From contig CM059431.1 of assembly GCA_030390025.1 (NCBI GenBank), positions 101,496,001 through 101,560,000 on the forward strand: 64,000 bases of DNA, in the 5' to 3' direction. The notes below the pieces were generated by a model, which was given only the letters and a program-made list of their open reading frames with translations, was not told the DNA's origin and made no database searches. The DNA comes from Squalus acanthias (lineage: Eukaryota). This document shows positions 48,621 through 61,289 of the stretch, in pieces. Numbering within the stretch: position 1 is the first letter of the stretch; the number at the start of each line of letters is the position of its first letter. The position numbers and the translations under genes were made by a program.

Positions 48621-48845
48621 AAAAGTGCTTCATTGACTGAAAGGTGCTGTGTAAATGCAATTCTTACCTTCTCTCATTTTTCCTTCTCTCCTCTCCTTAT
48701 CTCATGACTTTTCATTTTACCATCTTGATTGACTTCTTGTCATTTTTCAGCCCAGTTCCCCAAACTACCCAGAACCTTCTGTATTTGATCTGTAGACTTG
48801 GAAAGTGCTGTTTTTGACTCCACTTCCAAGTCATTAATGTACATT

Positions 48846-49400
48846 AGAACATAAGAACAGAAGAAATAGGAGCAGGAGTCGGCCATTCGGCCCTTCGAGC
48901 CTGCTCCGCCATTCAATGAGATCATGGCTGATCTTCTGCCTCAACTCCATTCACCGGCCCTATCGCCATATCCCTTGATGCCCTTACTAGTCACAAATCT
49001 AACGACTTCTGTTTTGAATATACCCAATGACTGAGCCTCCACAACCCTCTGGGGTAGAGAATTCCAAAGATTCACCACCCTCTGTGTGAAGAAATTTCTT
49101 CTCATCTCAGTCCTGAATGGCCTACCCTTTATCCTGAGGCTGTGGCCCCTGGTTCTAGACTCCCCAGCCAAGGGAAACATTCTCCCAGCATTCACCCTAT
49201 CAAACCCTGTAATAATTTTGTATGCTTCAATGAGATCCCCTCTCATTTTTCTGAATTCAAGAGAATACAGGCCTAGTTTACTCAATCTCTTCTCATATGA
49301 CAGTCCCGCCATCCCAGGAATCAATCTTGTGAACCTTCGTTGCACTCCCTCTATGGCAAGTATATCCTTCCTTAGGTAAGGAGACCAAAATTATACACAA
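48846..49400 (-). mobile_element. CR1 3' fragment
   Basis: [21 protein letters not shown]... Confidence 0.9.
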
Positions 49401-49534
49401 TTGTACCGGGGCCCTGTATAATTGGAGCAGCAGTGGCCTCAGCACTGATTATTGAGGCACCCCACTAGTTAACTCTTTCCATGTAGACTCAGCTCCATGT
49501 ACAACCATCCCTTGCTACCTCTGTTTAAAAAGAC

Positions 49535-50262
49535 AAGAGAAAGACTTGCATTTATATAGCGCCTTTCATGACCTCAGGACGTCCCAAAGCGCTTCACAGC
49601 CAATTAAGTACTTTTTGAAGTGTAGTCACTGTTGTAATGTATGAAACAGGGCAGCCAATTTGGACACAGCAAGCTCCCACAAACAGCCCTGTGATAATGA
49701 CCAGATAATCTGGCTAAATGATGTTGGTTGTGGGATAAATATTGGCCCCAGGACACCGGGGATAACTTCCCTGCTCTTTTTCGAAATAGTGCCATGGGAT
49801 CTTTTACGTCCACCTGAGAGAGCAGACGGGGCCTCGGTTTAACGTCTCATCTGAAAGACGGCACCTCCGACAGTGCGCCGCTCCCTCAGTACTGCCCCTC
49901 CGACAGTGCGGCGCTCCCTCAGTACTGCCCCTCCGACAGTGCGGCGCTCCCTCAGTACTGCCCCTCCGACAGTGCGGCGCTCCCTCAGTACTGCCCCTCC
50001 GACAGTGCGGCGCTCCCTCAGTACTGCCCCTCCGACAGTGCGGCGCTCCCTCAGTACTGCCCCTCCGACAGTGCGGCGCTCCCTCAGTACTGCCCCGCCG
50101 AAAGTGCGGCGCTCCCTCAGTACTGCCCCTCCGTCAGTGCGGCGCTCCCTCAGTGCTGCACTGGGAGTGTCAGCCTAGATTTTTGTGTTTCAGTCTCTGG
50201 GGTGGGGACTTGAACCCACAGCCTTCTGACTCGGAGACGAGAGCGCTGCCCACTGAGCCACG
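49535..50262 (-). mobile_element. Deu-domain SINE, full length, 9 internal 33-bp units
   Basis: Array of (cccctccgacagtgcggcgctccctcagtactg)n at ~49863-50160. Confidence 0.9.
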
Positions 50263-51141
50263 GGTGGGCAAGTTTTACACCCATGTCCAGGAGGTGAAGT
50301 GAGCTACCCTCTGGCACAAGCAGTTCATAGATTAGAGGTTTGTGAAGAAAGGAAGTGTACATTATGTGGATAATCAGTTGCTAAATTAAGGACTATTCCT
50401 GAATCCTGTTGAAATGTTCCTGTTTGAACAGCTGTTGGTGGAACCTCCATTTATATCATATTGGTTTTTTGGACTAGGATTATCTGGTAGAAGGTGCAGC
50501 AGGACTTTTGGAGAATTGTGTTTGAAAATACAATAATCTGTTCAAAATTAATTTGCTGAATGTTTGGTCAACTTGCTTTTGTGTGCTGTACTTCAATTAA
50601 AAAAAAATATATACACATCACCAAGAGGGTTGTTTTGTTGGCATTAGTTTGTTGAAATTTAAGGGGAGGTCAATTATGTTTTCGGAGTTAGCTGTTTATT
50701 TATGTGATGGTGAAAAAATAATACGTTTGCGGGGGGTGGGGTGGTTTGTGAGGATTTAATCAACTTTCATGTGATTGCCAACCGAACGGCTGTTCAAACA
50801 TTTGAACGAAGACTTACACGTAAGTGATGTAATGTAATCGCGCAACGCGGTTGTTGAGTTAGTTCACAGTAACCACAGCGCTCTGGCGGGGGCGGGGGCG
50901 GGGGCGGGGGGGGGGGGCGGGGGTTGGGGGAAACCGAGCCCAGCGTATCAATCAGTGTCTTATCCTGTTCAGGCCAGCTTTTTACATGTTGAGTCAGGAA
51001 ACAACAAAAAAATAAAAAGGAGTCCCTTTGCCAGGAATCTTTGAGGCAAAACCTTATCAGAACAATCAAGTAATGCAAGGGCAAGCACACAAAAAAACCA
51101 GCAATGTAATTCTCTCTCTTTTATTTCAATCAAACCCACTT

Positions 51142-51227
51142 AGAATCATTGAATAGAATCCTGCTGCACTCAAAGAGGCCACTCGGCCCCTTGTGCCTGT
51201 GCCGGCTCTTTGAAAGAGCTCTCCAAT

Positions 51228-51262
<35 letters not shown>

Positions 51263-51365
51263 CTCTTTCCCCACAGCCCTGCAAATTTTCTCCACTTCCC
51301 CTGTTGAAAGTTACGATTGAATCTGCTTCCACCGCCCTTTCAGGCAGCGCATTCCAGATCATCAT
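51142..51365 (-). mobile_element. CR1 tail fragment with an expanded C30 run
   Basis: WNALPERAVEADS, then the tail. Confidence 0.8.
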
Positions 51366-51914
51366 GACTTCTGTGCTGTTTAAACAATTCTTCTGTCTTT
51401 CTTGTGCTTAAAAGGCAAAAAAATAACCAAGGATTAAGGTTCTTGAGGCACTTGAGTTTTGCCAAAAGGAACACAGCCATGTCATAGTTTCTTTAAAGTG
51501 GACCTTTTTGAAAAGAGTAACTATTCACTTTCGTTTACCTCAGTTTTGCTGAGAAATCTTTTCCCCTTCTGTTAATATTCAATGACTCTGGTTACTGAAA
51601 TTGGATCCCAAAAATATCCCCTGCCAGCCAGTATTGCAAGTCTATGTCGGATGACACTTATCGTACGCTGCCACTCACCTAACTGGTGGTGAACGGTTTA
51701 TACGATGAAGGATGTGCGTTTCTCTATGCGTGATCCAGCATTGACACTTGTCTGCAAGCCGTGAAGCCAGTAGATTTAGCAATGGATAAGCGATGCCAGT
51801 CTGTCAGATCAGTGGATGTGCGCACTGGTTACTGTGCTGCTACACACTGGGTTCTTGATACGTCGCCTCTGCTCTGAGCTTCCAATACCGACATGGCAAT
51901 ATGTAGTTTTTACT

Positions 51915-52812
51915 GGCTCAGATTTTGCTGCCAGAATAGTGGTGGGTTTAATGGCGCTCGCCGTTATCGACGTGCGAATCGCCCGGCAACTTGTGGCGAG
52001 GACGTGATTCCCCCGGTGAGTTGCGAATCGCCACGAGTTGCCGGGCGATTTGCGCTGCTCCGCCCGTTAGCCTCGCGAAAACGGCAGCTCGCCCTCGACC
52101 TCCCCGCAAGTTTCAGGAAATCGCTGCATTTGCGCATTAATTACCCGTTAAACTCGCTGCAGGAAGTTAGGGCTGGTACTTAACAGCGTAAGGACCCTTT
52201 TAATGAGGAGATTTCTGTCCCTGCAATGCCGCTCAACCTCTCCGGCCCGGAAAGGGAACAATTGAAGCTGTGGAGTCTCATTCCTGTAGCTAGTAAATTG
52301 TTCCCAGAGGTTTCTTAAATTTGAAAGTTTAAGATGTTTTTATTTCTTTCTTTCTTTACTTTTCTGTCTCTTTTTTTCTGCTCTCTTCATCCAATCTTTC
52401 TTTCCCTCTTTTTATTTCTCTTTCTGTACCTGATTTGACTCTAATTCACCCGATTTCCTTCTCCGTCGTTCCTCTGTTTCTTTCTCAATCCTTAAATCTC
52501 ATGGGTTAAGGCGATAGACTGTTGGTCCCGTCGTTCACCGAGGTCCCAGATTCCCCGCTGCCCTCGCCTCCCCGTTATCAGCTCGCACTTCCAGCAAGAT
52601 ACAGGGCATAAAAATAATGTTAGAGCTGAAGGGTGAGGGAGAAAGTCTAACATTACATTACGACAGTGACTACACTTCAGAAAGTACTTAATTGGCTGTA
52701 AAGCGCGACGGGACGTCCTGTGGTCATGAAAGGCGCTATATAAATGCAAGTTATTTCTTTCTTTAACGAACAGGGCACGCCGCAAGCTGCCCCACTCCAG
52801 CAGATTCTGATC
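51915..52812. mobile_element. Putative MITE-like element containing a Deu-SINE tail (~52651-52765)
   Basis: Imperfect TIRs gctcagattttgctg / cagcagattctgatc; CpG-rich ends and a pyrimidine-rich core. Confidence 0.45.
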
Positions 52813-53584
52813 GGGCGCAAACCAATTTCTCAGCTCACATTCTCCCGACCTGGCTGCGTGCTGGTTATGATCGGTCAGTGTCTGTCGTTGGCTGTCTGTG
52901 GACTTGAGCAGCGAAACGAATTGCGTTTTTACCGCAACTACACGGCGTCTGAATATCTGCCTCCAACACTACCACCTGGGCAGTTTCTGTCTCCACCCTT
53001 CCTACATCAGAAACGGGCCGAGAACCTGGTAGACTTCACTACAAGCAGCTTTAACGTAGCACGGATTTATAGATCCTAAGTAAGAGTATACGTTGATGTT
53101 ATCCATGGCAGAATTTGAAGGGAATTTTGCTGTTAGAGTTTCAAGTGCAGCTGCTGACACTGCGATTCCACCAAGTCCAGGTGTATGATGTCGCAGCAGA
53201 CTGCAGTGTTTTTATTGGGTTGCAGTAGTTGGGAGTAATTGACGAGCATTTAAACCTTGTGAATCGCCGAGCAGCTCTCGGGTGTCGGAACGATTGTTTT
53301 ATCTCGGCACGTAAAAAGCCGCTTTTAGAATTTGATTTATTGCAATTGACTTGCGTGAAATACAAGACTCTCTACGTTAGACTGAATTGCGTTAGCCATT
53401 TTCACAAGCGTGTTCCAAAAAGCAAACTGCAAACGCGATCAGACTGATCGCAGAGCATTGAACTCGCATCAGCAACGAGTTTATTTTTTCCCCTTTACTC
53501 TCAGTTTTCTTACCCATCTCCTTATCTGGGGCATGGTTCCACAGGTGCTGATGGCACTCTTGTGCTTTTCCTGACTTCTTGCTG

Positions 53585-54012
53585 TCCTCGCTGGCCTACG
53601 TTGGTTCCCGTACTGGAAACGCCTCGATTTTAAAATTCTCATCCTTGTTTTCAAATCCTTCCATGTCTTCGCCCCTCCCTATCTCTGTAACCTCCTCCAG
53701 TCCTACAACCCTCCGAGATCTCTGCGCTCCTCCAATTCTGGCCTCTTGCGCATCCCCGATTTTAATCGCTCCGCCATTGGCGGCCGTGCCTTCAGCTGCC
53801 TAGGTTCTGAGTTCTGGAATTCGCTCCCTAAACCCTTCCGCCCCTCTACCTTAAGATGCTCCTTAAAACCGACCTCTTTGACCCAGCTTTTGGTCACCTG
53901 TCCTAAAATCTCCTTATGTGTCTCGGTGTCAAATTTTGTTTGATAATCGCTCCTGTGAAGCGCCTTGGGAGGTTTTACTATGTTAAAGGCATAGAAAAAT
54001 GCAAGGCATTGT
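53585..54012 (+). mobile_element. L2 3' fragment
   Basis: RIPDFNRSAIGGRAFSCLG..WNSLP. Confidence 0.85.
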
Positions 54013-54271
54013 TGCCTATGTTGCTAAACTTTTGGTGTAAGCCTAGATAACGAGTATCGGCAGGCGATCCGTGGTTGGGGGGGACGGGGGCACCAAAACG
54101 GAATCAAGTTTCATCCTGTCAAAACTTGACATCCGCACACACGTGTTGCTTGTTTATTGGGTCGGGTGGGACTGCGAATGCTGCTGGATTTTGGCAGGTG
54201 GGTCTCGTGGAGTCAACAGCCCCAAAGTAAACTCGCTAGATTCGTTAAGGCTGGCAAGATTTTTCTTTTAT

Positions 54272-54850
54272 TACATAGAATGTACAGCACAGAAACAGGC
54301 CATTCGGCCCAACTGGTCCGTGCCGGTGTTTCTGCTCCACACGAGCCTCTTCCCACCCCTCTTCATCTAAACCCTATCGGCATATCCTTCTATTCCTTTC
54401 TCCCTCATGTGTTTATCCAGCTTCCCCTTAAATGTATCTCTGCTATTCGCCTCAACCACTCCCTGTGGTAGCGAGTTCCACATTCTCACCACTCTCTGGG
54501 TAAAGAAGTTTCTCCTGAATTCCTTATTGGGTTTATTGGTGACTATCTTATATTCATAGCCCCTAGTTTGGAATTCCCCCACAAATGGAAACATCTTCTC
54601 TGCGTCTACCCTATCAAAACCCTTCCATGATTTTGAAGACCTCTAGCCGGTCACCCCTCAGCCTTCGCTTTAGAGAAACAAGCCCCAGCCTGTTCAGCTT
54701 TTCAGGTATAACCTCTCAGTTCTGGTATCATCCTTATAAATCTTTTTTGCACCTTCTCCAGTGCCTTTCTATCCCTTTTGTAATATGGAGAGCAGCACAG
54801 CACTCCAAGTGTGGTCTAACCAAGGTTCGATACAAGTTTAACACAACTTC
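54272..54850 (-). mobile_element. CR1 3' fragment
   Basis: MFPFVGEFQTRGYEYKIVTNK... Confidence 0.85.
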
Positions 54851-54935
54851 TGTTTTTTACCTTGTGTCCCAAGCTGACAAACTTCAGTGAATCCAACGAG
54901 TTGCTGCCAACTTCAGTGGAGTGTCTTAAAGGAGG

Positions 54936-55815
54936 TCAGGCCATGGCTCAGTGGGTAGCACTCTCGCCTCTGAGTCAGAAGATCATGGGTTCAAGCCCCA
55001 CTCCAGAGACTTGAACACAAAAATCTAGGCTGACACTCCAGTGCAGTACTGAGGGAGCGCCGCACTGTCGGAGGGGCATAGAAACATAGAAGATAGGAGC
55101 AGGAGTAGGCCATTCGGCCCCTCGAGCCTGCTCCGGCATTCGATGAGATCATGGCTGATCATCCAAACTCAGTACCCTGTACCTGCCTTCTCCCCATATC
55201 CCTTGATACCTTTAGCTTTAAGAAATATATCTAACTCATTCTTGAATATATTTAATGACTTGGCCTCAACTACCTTCTGTGGTGGAGAATTCCACAGGTT
55301 CACCACTCTCTGGGTGAAGAAATTCTTCCTCATTTCTGTCCTAAATGGCTTACCCCTTATCCTTAGATTATGACCCCTGGTTCTGGACTCTCCGACCATC
55401 GGGAACATTCTTCCTGCATATGTTTCGATGAGCAGTACTGAGGGAACACTGCACTGTCAGAGGGGCAGTACTGAGGGAGCGCTGCACTGTCGGAGGTGCC
55501 GTCTTTCGGGTGAGACATTGAACCGAGGCCCCGTCTGTTCTCCCAGGTGGACATAAAAGATCCTATGGCACTATTTTGAAGAAGAGCAGGGGAGTTATCC
55601 CCAGCATCATGGCCAATATTTATCCCTTAACCAGCATCACTATAACAGATTATCTGGTCATTATGTGACCAGTTTGTGGGAGCTTGCTGTACGCAAGTTG
55701 GTTTCCTACATTACAACAGTGACTACACTTCAAAAGTCCTTCATTGGCTGTGAAGCGCTTTGGGACATCCTGAGGTTGTGAAAGGCGTTGTGAAAATTCA
55801 AGCTCTACCTTTCTT
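54936..55815 (+). mobile_element. Deu-domain SINE with 3 units and a CR1 tail (55077-55420, minus) inserted in the tandem array
   Basis: ...gcactgtcggaggggca | CR1 | gcagtactgaggg... Confidence 0.85.
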
Positions 55816-56211
55816 TATTAAAAGTAATAAATATCGGAACAGGCTTTGAATCTTATTTTCAAGCTTACCGTAAAGTTGACTTGTGTTATTGAGTTAATGT
55901 ATTAATGTGGCCAAGGCAAAATAGAGAACGCTCCAGGTCATCAGAGAAAACCTCCTTCTTGGAGGTCCTTAAAGGGACGGCTTTTTCGACTGCAACTAAC
56001 AAAGTTAAGATTTATAAAATATTCTTTGCCTGAATGTGGAGCCGAGAGGAGTTGGAGCGTTTCTCCCCTCCCCCCCGTCACAATCCTACTGGCATCTGCC
56101 ACCCATCACTTCCTTCCCAACCCCACCTCCCCCCAAACCCCCCACACTTGCCCACGGGCCTCTGCTGGTGTCACGGAGCCCCGATCTTCAATTGCGATCT
56201 TCACTGACCAG

Positions 56212-56373
56212 CAACGTTCCCTCCTAATTCTTTTTTCGGGGACGCGCGGCCCGCTCAAGTTTCCATGCACGCGCGGGTTTCCTCCCCCCCCCCCCCGGAT
56301 TGAAAAGCCGCCGAGCCAACCTGTGCGGGACCTCCAGACCGCCGCGCGGCCGCGTAGCTGAGCGGGAACGTTG
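56212..56373. mobile_element. Short hAT-like MITE
   Basis: Perfect TIRs caacgttccc / gggaacgttg. Confidence 0.65.
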
Positions 56374-57389
56374 CCGGCGAGCTGCGGAAAGTAACCGCTC
56401 GATGGAAATGGGGACCCAATGTCGAGTGAGCCTCGAATCTCCCCATTCAGACGCCCCTCGGAAATGGCGACCCCGAATTTCCAGGCTGTGATTCTTGTAA
56501 GATCACCAGGAATAATTCTGCTGAGTTTAACGATTTGCATTTAGCGGGAGAATGTGAAGAATGTATTTTATTTGACACCAGCCACCTCTGACAAGTTGGA
56601 TCGAGATTTTAAATGCAGCCGCCGATTTTTTGCCGACTCTTAAGGCGGCGAGCACTCTGCTGTTGTTAGCAGATGTTTGAAGTTAATGACTTTTCCAGAG
56701 TGATGCTGATCCGAGTTTATATCCTGTAAAAGCAGAGCATGAGTTGAGGCGATAGTCCAGCGTTCCTCAGACATTGCCTCCCGGGTGATTTGGGTGGGGC
56801 TGGGAAAGTGGGAAAGAGGGGAGGCTGCATCTCTTAGGAATTTTAGTAATATTTCAGCAGAATTGAATCAGTCAGGTGGTTTGTTTCAAGAATCTCACGG
56901 TTATAAATCACACTCTCGCTTGAGTTATCCAGGATCTTTCTGATGGAGCCATTTTCTGTAGTTTAAACTTGTTAACAGTAATGATTCTACATTACCTGAT
57001 GATCTGGTGAATAATCTCATTGCTGTTTGTGGGAGCTTGCTGTGTGCAAATTGGCTGCCGCGTTTCCGACATTACAACAGTGACTACACATTTCAAAAAA
57101 ATAAATGGCTCACACTCTCCCTCTCCCCCTTCCCCTTCTCCCCCTCCCTCTAAGGGGAAGCTCGATAAGTACATGAGGGACAAAGGGGATAGTAGATTAT
57201 GCTGATGGCGTGAGATGAAGAGGGGTGGGAGGAGGCTGGTGTGGAGCATGGACCAGTTTGGCCAAATGGCCTGTTTCTGTGTTGTACGTTCTGTGGACTT
57301 GCATATCTATTCTCTATTCAGGAAGGATGGTATAAAAAGCGTGTTGTGTACATGGACAAGGGCCAGTGTATATTGTTCCCATTTTTAAA

Positions 57390-57703
57390 AAAAAGGCTTG
57401 CATTTCTATAGCGCCTTTCATGACCTCCCAAAGCGCTTTACAGCCAATGAAGTACTTTTTGAAGTGTAGTCACTGTTGTAATGTAGGAAACGCAGCAGCC
57501 AATTTGGCACAGCAAGCTCCCACAAACAGCCATGTGATAATGACCAGATCATCTGTTTTAGTGATGGTGATGGAGGGATAAATATTGGCCCCAGGACACC
57601 AGGGAGAACCACCCCTGCTCTTCTTCGCAATAGCGCCCATGGGATCTTTTACGTCTACCTGGGAGAACAGACGGGGCCTCGGTTTAACGTCTCATCCGAA
57701 AGA
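57390..57703 (-). mobile_element. Deu-domain SINE, 5'-truncated
   Basis: Reverse complement of the core and tail. Confidence 0.85.
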
Positions 57704-58187
57704 CATTGGTACACCATATGTGCTGTGTATGTGGTAATGTTACAAGAAGACTTTGTACGTCGGTGTCTGTGTCTGTGTGTGTGTATACTATCTGATCCTT
57801 GTGTTGCTTGCTGGAATTTGTATTTCAGGCATGTTGTGAAATGTTTTTGATCCCAGAACACGAGCACCCAGATTCCTGTCTTGATTCCAGAGGCAGTTAG
57901 CATTTCAAAATGAAAGGAACTCCTAAATAGAAGGATTTATGTGACATCAATTAGCATTGAGATGAGTACTAAAGGGAGTTCGTGTTGAAATGTTGAAGAA
58001 TATTCCAGTAGTGTGTAAATTTATTCTTTTTGTTACTTTTAACCTATTTTTGTAAAACTTTGGTGAACAAATTCAGGATTTTCATGAGATTAGCACGCGT
58101 GCTGCAGGAGAAGAATTACAAAGACAGAATATATTTTTAACCAATTGCTGGTTGCAGTTCTGTTTCTCTGTCATGTTGCCCCCAATT

Positions 58188-58650
58188 CATAGAATCACAC
58201 AGCACAGCAGGAGGCCATTCGGCCCATTGTGCCTGTGCCGGCTCTTTGAACGAGCTCTCCAATTAGTCCCACTCCCCCTGCTCTTTCCCCACAGCCTGGC
58301 AAATTTCTCCTTTTCAAGTATTTATCCAATTCCCCTTTTGAAAGTTACTATTGAATCTGCTTCCACCGCCCTTTCAGGCAGCGCATTCCAGATCACAACA
58401 ACTCGCTGGGTAAACACATTTCTCCTCATCCCCCTCCTGGCTTTTTTGCCAATTATCTTGAATCTGTGTCCTCTGGTTACCGACCCTCCTGCCACTGGAA
58501 ACAGTTTCTCCTCATTTACTCCATCAAAACCCTTCATGATTTTGAACATCTCTATTAAATCTCCCCTTAACCTTTTCTGCTCTAAGGAGAACAATCCCAG
58601 CTTCTCCAGTCTCTCCACGTAACTGAAACCCCCTCATCCCTGGTACCATT
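58188..58650 (-). mobile_element. CR1 3' fragment
   Basis: VERLEKLGLFSLEQKRLRGDLIEMFKIMKG. Confidence 0.9.
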
Positions 58651-58971
58651 TATAATAAAATCTTGTATACCAACCCTTCCTGCCCTGACATTGCAACATT
58701 GTCAATTCTTTATTTCAGGGGAAGTAATGGGCGTAGAAACAGTCCCCCTGCCAACCGCCCGCTAAACGTTTCTCAGTCCCTTTGGTTACACTTCCTCCTG
58801 AATTTAATTACCTGTGCACTTTTTCATGGTGTCTGTATCAGCCGATGAGCTGCACTGCAGAATCAATCCCAGTCGCTTACAGCACCAAGCTGACGGGGGA
58901 AATTACCCAATCATCTCCATTCTGGCCGGGAATAGTGGTGTCATTCAACGCAGCCGTTTATCGTACCAGTT

Positions 58972-59357
58972 AGCGAGTTGTTGTGATCTGGAATGCGCTG
59001 CCTGAAAGGGCGGTGGAAGCAGATTTAGTGGTAACTTTCAAAAGGGGAATTGGATAAATACTTGAAAAGGAAAACATTTGCAGCTCTTCTCGGCACTGCC
59101 TCCAGTATTTAATGTCTCCCGTGTTTCTTAGTGCCCAGAACTGGACATTGTACTCCAGGTGGGACTTGACCAGCGCTTGGCAACGTTTGTACACATCGTC
59201 CTCTGACTTGTATTCATTTTTTTGGCTGTGTACAACAGCAATTTGCAGGGCTACGGGGAAAGAGCAGGGGGGAGTGGGACTAATTGGAGAGTTCTTTCAA
59301 AGAGCCGGCACAGGCACGATGGGCCGAATGGCCTCCTCCTGTGCTGTACGATTCTAT
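58972..59357 (+). mobile_element. CR1 tail containing a 157-bp insert copied from ~59929-60090
   Basis: atttgcag flanks the insert at 59076-59083 and 59241-59248. Confidence 0.8.
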
Positions 59358-60080
59358 GGTTCTAACTCCCGTCGAAACCACAGGTTTGTGCGAATGAAAA
59401 CTAGAGATCTGTGGATACATAAGAACATAAGAAATAGGAAGCAGGAGTAGGCCATTCGGCCCCTCGAGCCTGCCCCGCCATTCAACGAGATCATGGCTGA
59501 TCTGATCTTGGCTTCAACGCCACCCTCCCGCCCGCTCCCCATAACCCAGATCATCGACCCATTATATCCAATATTACAAGACATCTGCCGATGAACTTGA
59601 TGAAATGCAATTTGAAGTTGTAGCTCATGGTGAAGGAGAAGTGGGTGGGTGGATACGATTAGAACTATTTCTCCGTGTGCTGGGTAAAGGTTGGCACAGC
59701 TTGTTCCTGTGTTGCAACTTCTGTGTATTTCTACAAGTATTGTCTTTTTTTTATATATATATACTTGCAAATCCATTAAAGCAACAGGCTCCTTTTACAT
59801 AAAAAAAAGTTACAAGAATATTTTGTTTTTGAAGCTTGTTTACGTGAAAAATATTTTTTTTTTCCAAGTTGACCAAATTTCTAGGTTGAAAAGTCCAAAG
59901 TCTTTCCGACACGAGAGATAAACCTCATAGCTGTTCTCGGCACTGCCTCCAGTATTGAATGTCTCCCGTCTTTCTCAGTGCCCAGAACTGGACATTGTAC
60001 TCCAGGTGGGATCGGACCAGCGCTTGGCAACGTTTGTACACATCGTCCTCTGACTTGTGTTCTTTTTTGGCTGTGTACAC

Positions 60081-61080
60081 AGCAACTTGCCTTTATATAG
60101 CGCCTTTAACATAGTAAAACGACCCAAGGCACTTCACAGGAGCAATTATCAAACAAAATTTGACACCGAGCCACATAAGGAGCTTTTGGGGCAGGTGACC
60201 GAAAGCTTGGTCAAAGAGGTAGGTTTTAAGGAGCGTCTTAAAGGAGGAAAGAGAGGTAGAGAGGCTTAGGGAGGGAATTCCAGAGCTCAGGGCCCAGGCA
60301 GCTGAAGGCACGGCCGCCAATGGTGGAGCGATGAAAATCTGGGATGCGCAAGAAGAAAGAAAAAGAAAGACTTGCATTTCTATAGCACCTTTCATGACCA
60401 CCGAACGTCCCAAAGCGTTTTACAGCCAATGAAGTACTTTTGAAGTGGAGTCACTGTTGTAATGTAGGAAACGCAGCAGCCAATTTGCGCACAGCAAACT
60501 CCCACAAACAGCATTGTGATAATGACCAGATAATCTGTTTTTTTTAATGTTGGTTGAGGGATAAATATTGGCCCCAGGACACCGGGGAGAACTCCCCTGC
60601 TCTTCTTCGAAAAATAGTGCCATGGGATCTTTTACGTCCACCTGAGAGAGCAGACGGGGCCTTGGGGCCAGAATTGGAAGAGCGCAGAGATCTCGTGGTG
60701 GGGGGGGGGGTTTGTGGGGCTGGAGGAGGTTACAGAGATAGGGAGGGGCGAGGCCATGGAGGGATTTGAAAACAAGGATGGTCATTTTAAAATCTATGCG
60801 TTGCCGGACTGGGAACCAATGTAGGTCAGCGAGCACAGGGGGTGATGGGTGAACGGGACTTGGTGCGAGTTAGGACACAGGCAGCAGAGTTTTGGATGAG
60901 CTCAAGCTGACGAAGGGTGCAAGGTGGGAGGCCGGCCAGGAGAGCGTTGGAATAGTCGAGTCTGGAGGTGACACAGGCATGGATGAGGGTTTCAGCAGCA
61001 GATGAGCTGAGGCAGGGGCGGGGACAGGCGATGTCGCGGAGGTGGAAGTAGGCAGTCTTGGTGACAGAGAGGATATGTGG
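60081..61080 (-). mobile_element. L2 3' fragment interrupted by a Deu-SINE (60352-60663, minus)
   Basis: KTAYFHLRDIA..RLDYSNALLAGLP; the pieces join at gatgcgcaaga / ggccagaattgg. Confidence 0.85.
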
Positions 61081-61289
61081 TCGGTTATACAACAGCACTA
61101 AAACCAGCCCTTCCCAAAAATCTTCAGGCTCGTGAAATTCGTACAGCAAGTACCAAGTAAGTAATATAATCACCAGTAGAACGGAGTTGCTTGGGCTTTG
61201 CGGGCAGTAGAGCTAGGGTTTGATGTGTGCCTCACAACACTCTTCTCTAGTGACGGCACCAACTATGGCTCTTGCCAGAGGTAACATGT

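Noticed and set aside
49873..50178. Repetitive ORF (RRSLSTAPPTV)n, also at 43590
   Set aside because: It is the translation of the 33-bp SINE VNTR, open only because 33 is a multiple of 3.
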